From NCBI GenBank assembly GCA_026025075.1, contig JAPEUI010000035.1:1-64000 (forward strand): a stretch of DNA of 64,000 nucleotides. The letters run 5' to 3'. The notes beneath the pieces are model-generated. The model searched no databases and was not told the origin of the DNA. It saw nothing but the letters and a program-made list of their open reading frames with translations. The DNA is from Vezdaea acicularis (taxonomy: Eukaryota). The translations under genes and the position numbers were made by a program. Shown piece by piece: positions 12,915-23,715 of the stretch; the first letter of the stretch is position 1, and each line of letters opens with the position of its first letter.

Positions 12915-14354
12915 TCAAGCACTAAAGCCTCGTTCGTTCCCAAGGTTCTCAGACGCAGCATCACTTGCCAGGCTCAGATTTTCCCGAAATCCTTGGAACG
13001 TTGGCTTGCCCGAAGCGTATTTGATTGTGCCGTCATTCATTTTTCCATCCGTTCGTACGTAGCCGGCCGTAATCTTATCCAGGGCGACGTTGTAGCTGTC
13101 TGCCTCTCTGATTCTGCATGAAGTGCTCGGCGAGTCACAATGCTGGACAAGCGCGGCAGTGCTTCTAAACCTGGCGAGACAATTAGGACACCTAAGCCTA
13201 TCAGTGGATTTCGATAACATATTTCGTCATATTCAATAATAGACTTACTGTACCCCCTTCATACCGTGGGCGAAAGAATCAATGTGCTGATTTAGGCCCT
13301 TCAGGCTGTTACATTTCGCCCTATCAACGACTGTCAGCCTTTTGCTACCTTCGACACTCACCAAGCAGCACGAACCGGCATTTATAATATGGGCAGCAGT
13401 ATTTCTTGGTGATTGGATGCCGAAGTCTTTCCCAATCTAATTTTCCGGTCATCTTGTCCGTAACCAGCTCTCTGACCTTTTGGCGGAAAACCTCTATTTC
13501 CTTCTCTTTCTCGTTTTCCTGCCTCTCTATCTTACTGTTACACTCTTTCTCGACTTGCGCACCTGTGAGTTGTGAGAGGGCCGTATTTTGAGGTACCACT
13601 GGGAGCATCTTTCGACTTCTCAAGGATTGTAATTCTGCAGCATCCGTAACAGGCAGGTCCCCTATTCCTATCAATTCCGGCTCATCAGCCTTTGGCCAAG
13701 TATTACGGTCCTGGAGATAGGAAGGAAGGTCGTCAGACATTGAACCTCTTTCCCAAGGCCTGTGGGTTACAACTGCAAGCATATCGGCCGGTCGGACGTT
13801 TAAGGGAACTCGGGAATCGGTAAGGGCAATGCCGCTGTCTAAACATCCGAGAGCACTGCCTCTTTCTGACTCGAGATCTTGGGCTTTGAGGTGCTTTTCA
13901 AATGTCTCTTTGAAGAGTATATTCCCTTTGAACTCCTCTCCCGATATAACGTGGCATCCATCCGACTCGAGGTGTTGAATGAGGCCGCCGGGTCGAGCGA
14001 AAACTAAGCCGCAACCAGAGCACAGAACTTTTTGCTCCTCTCTATGCATCTGCGAACCTGTCAGTGAAGAAGTTTTCGTGATAAAATGGGTCCAACCTGT
14101 TCCAAGTGGATCTTGCGGCCTCCTTCAGTCCTGAAGTCCTCATAACAGAATTGGCAAGTTATGTGATTTGGGCTGGCAATCTTGTGTTCAAGAAAAGCGT
14201 CGTCATCAACAAAGTCAAGACGGCACTTGACGCAGTATTCATGATTCGGCTCCGCAATCTTGTGGTGAATCAGGTCATTTTCTGATTCGAAGAGACGCCT
14301 GCAGCCCTCAAAAGTGCAAGGTACAGAAAACTTAGTTGATTTTTGGGGTGGCAT
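12915..14354 (-). CDS. C2H2 zinc-finger protein (about 4 exons)
   Basis: Several C-x2/4-C...H-x3/5-H units across ORFs 14061-14354, 13345-14049 and 12915-13220, separated by GT-AG introns. Confidence 0.8.
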
Positions 14355-16735
14355 GTCTTCGGAACTGGGAGCTTGACAATGAATATTGCCGTTCGAGGAT
14401 TCAGAGCTATGTTTGGTCTGTGAATTATCTCTTGGAGCGAAAGCTTAACTAGGGAGGAATGTAGGAACAGGCCGAAGGAGTAGTAAACGATGACAGAAGT
14501 AGGTTAAGAAATAGACCCCAGAAGAAGTGTGTTGTGCAACTAGAGAACTAGACTGAACACTCTTGCTTAGTCATCAAGTGTTTTCGAACATAGCGGTAGT
14601 GGTATTCTTCAAAGAGTATTATCTCAATCTTGTATCTTCAAGCTCGTTAAGCAGGCAGAAAGAAGGCCTTTTGAAACCTATTCCCTTTCAGAAAACTCAT
14701 AACGAAACACAACCGGGCTTTCGACACGCCAACATGGTATTCTTCCTCCCTCCTTACTATTCCAGTTCATCATGGTTCTTCAGATATTATGAAGTGCCTG
14801 TAACAACCAAGGCCTAGTTTAATCACCACCGGAGCTTATGTCATTCGTTTCATCGCAAGCTTTATTTCCTAGATTCCTTCAGTCTTGACAGAATCTCCTG
14901 ATTCTAGCATTTATCATACGAACTATAAGTCTAATTCCTATAGCATATATGTTTTTCATTCGAAATAGTAGAGATTCCCTGAATTCCGCGCGTTTCTATT
15001 TCGGCCAGCACCCGTTAAATACCTGTGCACGATGGCCCCCGAAGTCACCCTCCCCCAAAAATTCATAGAGTTGCCGATAGTTACAGCGCGATGCTAACTG
15101 TTCCTCATACATGGTTGCCACTACAAGGGGCTACGGCGCAAACCCGAGCATTCAACTTGCTTTCACTAGGCGACCAGCAAGATCGAACACAAAAAGCCAA
15201 CGGTTTCAACTTTTCTCCACTTGAGATTATTCCACAGTAAATAGCTCGAGTGATGTTGGTACTCAGGTTGTATAGGCCGCAGTCTTTGTGTGCACCACCA
15301 CCACGCAAAGTCTAAAGCAAAGACCAAAATAAAGCAACCGGAGGCTAGAGGCATTCCCATTCGGAAGGTTGACTGTTGTCTCCTACAGTCAGGAGTACAA
15401 ATGCTATGGTGCTATCGTACTCTTAGTATCGATAATTACGAGAATCACTCAAGGAAAGGGTCTCATGCGCTGTGACCGGTAGAAATGTAATCTAACGGGG
15501 GCTAAAAGGAATTTCAAAGACCTAGATCACCGACAGCTTCGATTCTAAGAATTCAAGGAGGCTTGGAAGAGCTGCCGCAAACAATTCGGCCACATCGAGC
15601 TCAAAGATCAACTTGAATTTGTCTCAAATTCAATTTCCACGTCAGGGGCTGAGCAGAAATCCAAAGTAAGCGCCTTGAACAACAATATATACGTGCAGTA
15701 AGACCAACCACCATAGCTCTAACGCTCAAATGCAGCTGTCAAGCTTCTTAAACCCGGACGGGCCAAGGTGACTTACAGCTAATCTTACTCTGCTGATAGA
15801 GTATTCCAGTTGGGGGAGATCATACCCCAAAACTATGAGCCAGAGATCAGTCAAAGCAGCCGCCTGCGCTGCCAGTTCCAGTACCTAAGAACAGCAGCCA
15901 AACTCAATCAAAACCTGCATCAAATTTCCCGGGAGAGGTGCTAAGGACAACATTACCAAACCAATAGTATGCAAATCCGAAGCCAGCTTCCAATCGAGAA
16001 AGACCTCGGGTGGTGTTGACCATTATATACCTCAAGAAACTTCGAAGAGAAGACATAGCTAATGACAACTAAACTCCAGCTCATCGAAGGACGCTAAAAA
16101 TACCACAGGCCAAGGGCAAGCTAAATCGTCTTTGCCGAGTGATAATTCAAACCCTCCTCCAAAATGCGCAATAAAGGAGTCAAGAGCGCCTCCAGCTGTG
16201 CCATTTACTCCGCCCCAGTGTGTCGTTTCCTGGTTGGAGAATCAGTCACAAAGACCCTGGGGTCCATACCGATGCAGCAAATAAGAGCATATGTATTCCA
16301 TAAAAGGCTTGCATTATCATCCTAGTATGAATAAGATTTGCCATGAATAATTTGGTCGGTTTGTGGATACATCTGCGCTCAACTTACTCTAGAATTTTGG
16401 GAAGGGCTTGGGTCTACATTGTGGTCAAAAGCCAAGTATGTAGAATGGAAGAAGGCGCATGATAGACTTCTCGCACGGGACTGGGCATCTGTCTGGCCAA
16501 ATTTGGATGGGGCATTCACTTGAGGCAAGGGAGTAACAGCGCCATTGAGTCATCGCGAATTTCTCCCGAGCTTGCGTGTCTTTTTGTGACATTTGCTTCC
16601 TATCTTGAACTGTGTAGGAGCAAATGACTGAAGTCTCCCCTGACTCGCGCCTGTCAAGTGAGACTAGGAGTAGCTCTCTCGGGAAGTGGTGTATCATGTT
16701 CGAACCATAGTTTGACATCATGTTTGATGATAGAA

Positions 16736-17221
16736 TTAACACAAGCAACAACACCAAAAGCTAGCACGCTCTAATTTTTCAGGCTTTCCGGTTCCGTTTC
16801 CAGCCTGTATTTTGTGCTTTCCGCTGTAGTTGGTTTCATGACAGCCATCAGGTTCTGTTGAGAAATTGGAGAGTTTATCTCGGCTGGAATTTCTCACAAG
16901 TCGTGATCTTACTCTCTCTTGCCTCTCCTTGATAGTCAAGGGCCGTAGCTTCTCAGATATCCCTTCTTGCCCTAGTAAGTTCCCGGAAGGCGACTTCGGT
17001 AATTTGCCCCATTCTTCTGCCCTAACCTTTGCGAGTGTTTCTGGATCAATTGCGGAAAGAGTTGTGAGCTCTCGAGGTGGAGATGCACGGCTGATGTAAG
17101 GTTCATAGTATGTCGATTGAAGTGGAGCTTGGCCCCCGGTTTGAGGCTCAATAGTCAAGCTTCGTCGGAGCGGTGCTATCTCGAAACCAGGCGCTACGGG
17201 ACGAGAGTGCTTATTGCCCAT
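16736..17221 (-). CDS. Hypothetical 161-aa protein with N-myristoylation motif and C-terminal Cys cluster
   Basis: Starts MGNKHS (G2, S6) and ends FWCCCLC-stop. Confidence 0.6.
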   Translation of the reverse strand: MGNKHSRPVAPGFEIAPLRRSLTIEPQTGGQAPLQSTYYEPYISRASPPRELTTLSAIDPETLAKVRAEEWGKLPKSPSGNLLGQEGISEKLRPLTIKERQERVRSRLVRNSSRDKLSNFSTEPDGCHETNYSGKHKIQAGNGTGKPEKLERASFWCCCLC

Positions 17222-17724
17222 GGCTTCTAACCCTTTAATTCAATACGTCAGTATAATACAAATGAGTGCGTGCATCATGGCAGCATGTATAGTTAAGGTA
17301 GTCCTACAGCGTGCCAGTAGGAGGCTATTTATTAACAGTAGAGCCTCGCGATCGATCGGGAGAGCGGTGTTTTAAATAATTGACTTTGATTCGAGATGGC
17401 ACATTGTATTTTCTTCTGCACTTGATGACGGCACAACTGCAGAGGCAGTATGTATAAAGCGGGGAATAGGAATTTTCGGTCGAAAATACGTTACAATTCC
17501 GGAAAGTGGAAGAAGCAATGGGTCAACACGGAGTTGACCGAAAGAAAGCACCACAAGATATTTGACATTGCATCACATACCGAACTACGTTTGCTTACTA
17601 AGATTCAATAGAATACATGCCTTCAGAGCGTTGTCCGCTCCTTGTTAGGTACTAAGAATGCATGAACCTTTACACTAAAACGGAAGGGATCAATTCAGTT
17701 TACCACTAGAGTAATATAGAGAGG

Positions 17725-18280
17725 CTAAAAGCGCGTGAATGGGAGCCTGCGTCCTATCAGCTACAGGGCTACTAGGTCGCGGTCAGGTTATTCTTACCAC
17801 TTGCCCCTCATATTGATGTTTACCCAGGCTACGCCGTCCTTATCAACTTCTTTTTCAACATGAGTTGAGAACGCAATTGCACTCATGATACCGTCCCCGA
17901 ATTTCTCGTTCAGAATGGCTTTGTACGCATATCCATAGTTCTGCACGATCTCATAAAGTCTGTATATCAAAGGCTCCTTGGGAGGCATGTCGACCGTTTT
18001 TCCGCGGTCTGGAAACCCCGTCAATTGCTCATCCAACGTTCCATGGTCAATTCCGAGAATAGACGACAGTTTCCTAACATCCTCTTTTGAAGCACGCGCC
18101 TGTCCGTAGAATATAGCAGCTACCGCGACTTCTGATCTTTCCAGCTCCTTGGCAATCGCTTCAAACGTTAATTGCTTTTTCTCTTTGGCTTCGAAAAGCG
18201 TAGGTGCAATGGATCTCTGCGCCCATCAGTTTGAGGTTCGCAAGTTTTGGCTCAGGGCTCACCTCAAGAGCAGAAACCAT
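17725..18280 (-). CDS. CYN1: Cyanate hydratase (cyanase), 3 exons
   Basis: [17 protein letters not shown]...[36 protein letters not shown], and RGKW|LPFTRF-stop after splicing. Confidence 0.93.
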
Positions 18281-18690
18281 TTTTGCGATTATTGAAATGT
18301 GTAGAACGGTAACAGGCCATATGTGCAATGCTCACTCCACGACTCGTTACGCAGCACCCCACACTCTCAATGACCATAACGTCATCAAATCCGGATTTAC
18401 GTAGTCCCGGGAAAATCGTACTCGTACGTAGCCTGGAGCGATCAATCTGGCCTCCATATACTTTGTAGTGTAACAATCAAATATTATCCTCGCCACACGG
18501 TCTACATGTTTAGCCGTAACTCCGTAAATCTTCTTATCTTGGGAAAGCCTCGGTGGCGTTCCTATAACGGATGGGCGCAACGTGAATATCTTGACCACCA
18601 CCTTATCTGAGCTAGTGCCAGGAGTTGGTGATACGTAGACTCAGACCCTTAGCTACTACTCTGTGATACAACATTGGTAACTTCAAAAAT

Positions 18691-21600
18691 ATGGCAGATC
18701 ATTCTCATGGACGCAATCATGATGAGGATCTAGCCTATGGACACCTCCATAATAGCGAAGATGAGGGGAACCAGAGACAACGAGGTTTTCTTGGAGGTGC
18801 TTTCAATCGATTCAGAACCCATCATGCTGGAGATGCTGGTCAACAGCAAACTTCCCAGACCAGTAGTGCAGAAGCAATAAACAGCTCAGTATAGCTCTTC
18901 CCTACTTCACACGCAGGCTGAATCCCGACATGCGTAGTCTATAGGCAACCCTAGTATCACCCAGCAGTATCAACCTCAGCTTCAGAACCAAACAAGCCCA
19001 CCAGTGGAGCAATTGAGCGGACATTCCCAGCCAAAGGGTTCCTTTATGGATTCAATAATCGATAATGCCCACATAGCCGTTCACAAGCTTGGTTCGGAGG
19101 TGGCGCAGAAGGTATCCGATTTCGATATACATAGTCATACCCACCACGGGCTTCCTTGTGCACCAGGGCTGCATCCCAAATCAGGACATAGGTATGGCAG
19201 CTTCGCTGGACAACGGTCTGGGAATGGTGCGAAGTGGTTTGTCGATGGATGCGACTACATGTGGGCTATATCAGAAGCTTTAATGACAGCCAAGGAGTCG
19301 ATCTGGATTCTTGACTGTAAGCTCTCTTTCATCTAGAAACGGCCTTGCTTTCAAGCCTCACTAAGATACACAGGGTGGCTTACTCCAGAACTATACCTAC
19401 GTCGGCCACCTTCAAAGTTCGAGCAATATCGGCTCGATAGACTACTTCAAGCTGCAGCTCAACGCGGCGTAAAGGTCAACTGTATCGTTTACAAAGAAAT
19501 CACCCAGGCTCTGACCCGTAAGTATCTAACTCCCATACTTTCTGACTACCTTCATTCTCTGTTATCCCAATCTGCCAATCGTTTGACGTCTCTACTGTCG
19601 CGGCTTGGTCTCGCGGCAACTTTCGCGTCCTTAGAACAAGCGGAGGCCCATCACCCACTAATGGAACCGCCGCTCACAGTTTCTTCGGCCCACACAAAGC
19701 ATGCACTTGAAGCCCTACACCCAAATATAGCCGTCTTTCGCCATCCAGATCACCTCCCAGACGCAAAAGTATTCCAATCATCCTTCGTTTCCTCTCTTCA
19801 AAAGCTATCTTTGAATGCGGCGACGGCTTCAAAGCTTCCAGGCAATGCGCTCCAAGCTATCTATGGTATGAACGAAGACGTAATCCTCTACTGGGCTCAC
19901 CATGAGAAGCTTTGTCTGGTCGATGGTAAGATCGCGTTCATGGGCGGCCTTGACCTTTGTTTTGGTAGATGGGACACAAATCAGCATCCAATCGCAGACG
20001 CACATCCAGGAGATCTGCAACGAATAGTATATCCAGGACAGGACTACAATAACGCCCGTGTGATGGACTTCGTAGCTGTAGATCACCCAGACGACAACAA
20101 GCTAGATCGATCGAAGGCTTCAAGAATGGGATGGTCGGACGTATCCTTCTGCTTAAGTGGGCCGGTTGTCAACGATCTTAAGGAACATTTTGCTGATCGG
20201 TGGAACTTCATTTATAACGAGAAGTACGACGTTCGTTCCGACTCACGGTATTCACGAATCAGCATAGCCCACAGTGACATCGGCAGTATCCCTCATCAAG
20301 CTGGAGGCATTCCAGCGGAAGATCATGTATTTGCACCTCTCAATGCGATCTCCAATACTGCAGTGCAGAGTTGTGGCGACCCGACATCAGCATCTCAGAC
20401 CCAACCAGCATATGAGCCTCCGTCGGTTCGATCCGCCGAAGGCAACAACGTCCTAGCCCCTGATATGAGTACTGCGCATGCGGGGCAATCCCCTCATGGT
20501 CTTAGTGAAGTAGGCCGAGGGCGTAGTTTTGGTCATGGTGGTTTGCGGGCTGCCTTGAAAGAAAAGGCTATTTGGGGAATGGAACATGTCCAAGAAGAGA
20601 TGAGGATTCACCAAGGAGAACTTCAGCCACCACAGGGTTATCAAGGTAGCATGGCTTGCCAGATCGTGAGAAGCTGTACCAAGTGGAGTAATGGATCTCC
20701 AACAGAGGCAAGTTTAATTTCTCACATAGTCTGTGAAGTTGTCCGAAGTAATAGCAGGCCTCGCTTCACTGAAAAGTGGCCCCTCCGACAAAGCTCCTCT
20801 AAAGCTCTGCGGGGTCTGCTATTGTTAGCTAAGGCTAGAATACAGCTGAATATGCAACCCCAATCAAGGCCTGCCATTTCTCATAGTGTATACAGAAAGT
20901 TAGCAGGTAGACCTGACTGATAGTGATACTGACGTGGACCAGCATTCGATAGCAAATGCCTATATCAGTGTAATCGAACATAGTCAGCATTTCCTGTACA
21001 TAGAGAATCAGTTTTTTATAACTGCCACCTCGCAATCACAGAAACCAATCAGAAATAAGATCGGAGGGGCTCTCGTCAATAGAATCTTGAAGGCGGCCAA
21101 GGCAGGTGAAAAGTACAAAGTCATCGTCGTCATGCCATCGATTCCCGCATTCGCGGGGAACCTGAAAGATGAGAGCAGCTTAGGCACACGCGCAATTATG
21201 GAATTCCAGTATGATTCAATAAACCGAGGAGGCCACAGTATTTACGAGAGAATTGCCAAGGAAGGATTTGACCCTACAGAATATATACGCTTCTACAACC
21301 TTAGAAATTACGATCGCATCAACACCAGTCGACAAATGCAAGAGACAGAGGAGGTAAGTGGTGTGTCTTATGAGGCTGCCCGCAAAGAGCATGACGATCA
21401 AGTTGGCGCAGGATTTGGGGGCTGGGGCGAAGGCACAACTGCTGGTGTTCAAGGCCAAGGCAACCAATACCAGGCGTATCAAGCGGCCGCTGGAGAGCTC
21501 CAGAAAAAATATCCTGACACTGGGCGATGGGATAGTGTGAGCGAGTGCTACATGCTTGGGGGGGCAGATATTCGGAACGTCCCTTGGGAAAGCAGCAGTG

Positions 21601-22370
21601 GACTTGAGATTGATGCTTTCGTGAGCGAAGAACTCTATGTGCACTCGAAGGTAAGACAGCCCTATCGAAAGGTATACTACTCCAGACTAAGAGAGTAGAT
21701 CATGATCGCGGACGATCGTATCGTGATCTGTGGGTCGGCGAACTTGAACGACAGATCTCAGCTAGGGGAGCACGATTCGGAGATTGCAGTCGTTGTGGAA
21801 GACCCCGCTCCGCTTGATAGCTTCATGGATGGACGTCCTTGGAAGGCTTCGAAGTTTGCTGCGACTCTTCGCAGACAGATATTTCGGAAACACTTAGGGT
21901 TGCTACCAGCACAAGATATGCAATCTCCAGATGCTAATTTTCAACCAATTGGTGTTGATAATTTGTACGACTTGCATTCAATGGAGGATCAGGCTGTCGC
22001 AGATCCACTTTCAAACAACTTCTTAAATCTTTGGAACACTCGAGCAAAACAGAACACCGATGCTTTTGCGCGTGTATTCCATCCCGTTCCATACGACGGG
22101 GTCAAGAACTGGAAAGATTATGACGAATACTTTGGGAAATATTTTGCTATTCAAGAAAAAGATGGCAAAAAAGAGCCTGCCAAGTACGAATGGGGTCATG
22201 TAGTTAAAGAGTCATTCTCTGAGGGGGAGCAGGGCGCAAAAGAGGTAAAAGAAATACTCAGCACGGTCCACGGCTCCCTTGTCGAGATGCCGTTGTTGTT
22301 TCTTGTAGAAGAGGACATAGCGAAGGAAGGGGTGAGCTTGAATGCTTTCACAGAGCAAATCTACACATAA
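18691..22370 (+). CDS. Phospholipase D with two HKD motifs and no PX/PH domain seen (6 exons)
   Basis: HKD1 is WAHHEKLCLVDG; HKD2 is YVHSK|IMIADD...GSANLNDRS. Introns at 18889-18937, 19317-19373, 19518-19679, 20708-20942 (GC-AG) and 21651-21698. Confidence 0.93.
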
Positions 22371-22468
22371 TCCAGCGGTATGATGATACGAATTTAATTG
22401 ATACCTCTTGTGAATGATGATTAGCTTTACAAAATGCATTAATCTTGTCTCTACTGTGAAGCTCTGTT

Positions 22469-22922
22469 CTTAGTATTGTCCTAACAGTTCTAGATCCCAA
22501 CCACAACACAAGACGAGAATTTAGCGCACTTCAATGCCCTTTTCGAGATCTCGTTTGGGCCAAGGATCGAGATCGAGACTCAATAAATTGATCTAGAAGG
22601 GTCCTTGATACATGATGGGGCTCATCATGTTCAAAGGTTTGTGAGGTTTCGACACAATACTACCGAAGACAATACTAAGGAACTCCACCAAGCTCAGCCA
22701 CACCACGCGATCAGCACCCACATGCCCATTCCACAAAGGTCTCAGGTCAAGTCCATTATATCCTAAATTGTCTAGCGTAATCCTGAGTTTCAGCAACGCA
22801 GAGAGCATTGTTCCCAAACACCATAAAAAGGGACTTGCTTGACTCCGTCTCTTCTCTTCTTCTCCACCACCAACTACCTCAGATCTAATCATCCCGATCC
22901 GAAATCTTTCAAGCAATCAAAG
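22469..22922. promoter_or_regulatory. Promoter of the CaaX-peptide gene: HMG-box-like motif cluster plus TATA-like box
   Basis: GACAATACTAAG at 22668-22679 and inverted at 22469-22480; ACAATACTA 22654-22662; TTCAAAG 22630-22636; ACAAAG 22733-22738; AACAATG (reverse) 22806-22812; CATAAAA 22822-22828; ATCAAAG 22916-22922. Confidence 0.5.
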
Positions 22923-23002
22923 TAAGCTCCTGTGCTTCTCCACCTCATCTTCACTGCTTACAATCACATCAGATATTTGGGCTTAAGACCAAATCAATCA
23001 AC

Positions 23003-23154
23003 ATGCAGCCATTCACTACTATTTCCATTGCCGAGGAGGTTCCCCAGCCAGTCAACGAAGGTCCGTGTTTTCCCATAGCTTCCCAGATTCACCTCATTTA
23101 ATGACTTTTATTTCTATAGATGGCCACGGTTACGGCGGTTGTTCCATCATGTAA
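23003..23154 (+). CDS. Candidate a-factor-like (farnesylated lipopeptide) mating pheromone precursor, 30 aa: MQPFTTISIAEEVPQPVNEDGHGYGGCSIM
   Basis: Exon 23003-23060, intron 23061-23119 (GTCCGT...TAG), exon 23120-23154. Ends in CaaX (CSIM-stop). Start context TCAACATG; probable 5'UTR intron 22922-22970 (GTAAGC...CTTAC...CAG). Confidence 0.75.
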
Positions 23155-23715
23155 ATTATACCCATAGCCAAGGCCAAACTCACCTTTCGCTCATTCCTTC
23201 TCGACCTTCGAGGACGGTACTCGATTTGTCAAGACCACATCGGAGAACTTGTCCAACCATGCAAGATGGAGCGCTAGGCAGTGGGGGGGGGTGGTTTCTG
23301 TTCCAGCCTCTTGGCTTGACGGATCAGTTCATTTTCAATTCACCAGGGGGTCCGTGCGGTTTGGGAATCATACAAGGCGATCATATATCTTCCTTTCGGG
23401 CAGCCTCACTCTCAACCAGTGTCTCTGACGAATGGAGGGCCAGGGTGCGCCTTTTTCTTAAAAATCTGATTCGATTTTAAATACCGTCAGAAGGCTATGT
23501 TGTATTTATTGCACTGCCGGATGGGGAACCTTGCTAGTTCAGTCCGCGGCCATACAAGCCGAAATGACAAAACATTCATTACAAGGACTCTGAAGCACTC
23601 CGCGTTCACCGCTGACTACCATAGAGTGAGACATGCAGCAGTAAGTCCTACAGCCCCTGTGAAAGCTTAGTCTCCATCCAAAAATCCACGACGCCATGTG
23701 CCTTACCTGACCAAA

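Noticed and set aside
12630..12915. Recurring CCTTG / AATGCCTTG words
   Set aside because: Short, irregularly spaced, no convincing ORF or periodicity, and not a CRISPR-like array.
17725..18280. Cyanase as part of a horizontally transferred cyanase-carbonic anhydrase cluster
   Set aside because: No carbonic anhydrase is nearby. The gene has introns and sits among housekeeping genes.
22603..22637. Imperfect hairpin CCTTGATACATGATGGG/CTCATCATGTTCAAAGG
   Set aside because: Single imperfect stem with no supporting ncRNA motifs; could be chance or part of the promoter.
23139..23480. 113-aa TTG-start ORF overlapping the end of the pheromone candidate
   Set aside because: Non-ATG start and no protein-like features; better explained as the 3'UTR of the CaaX gene.
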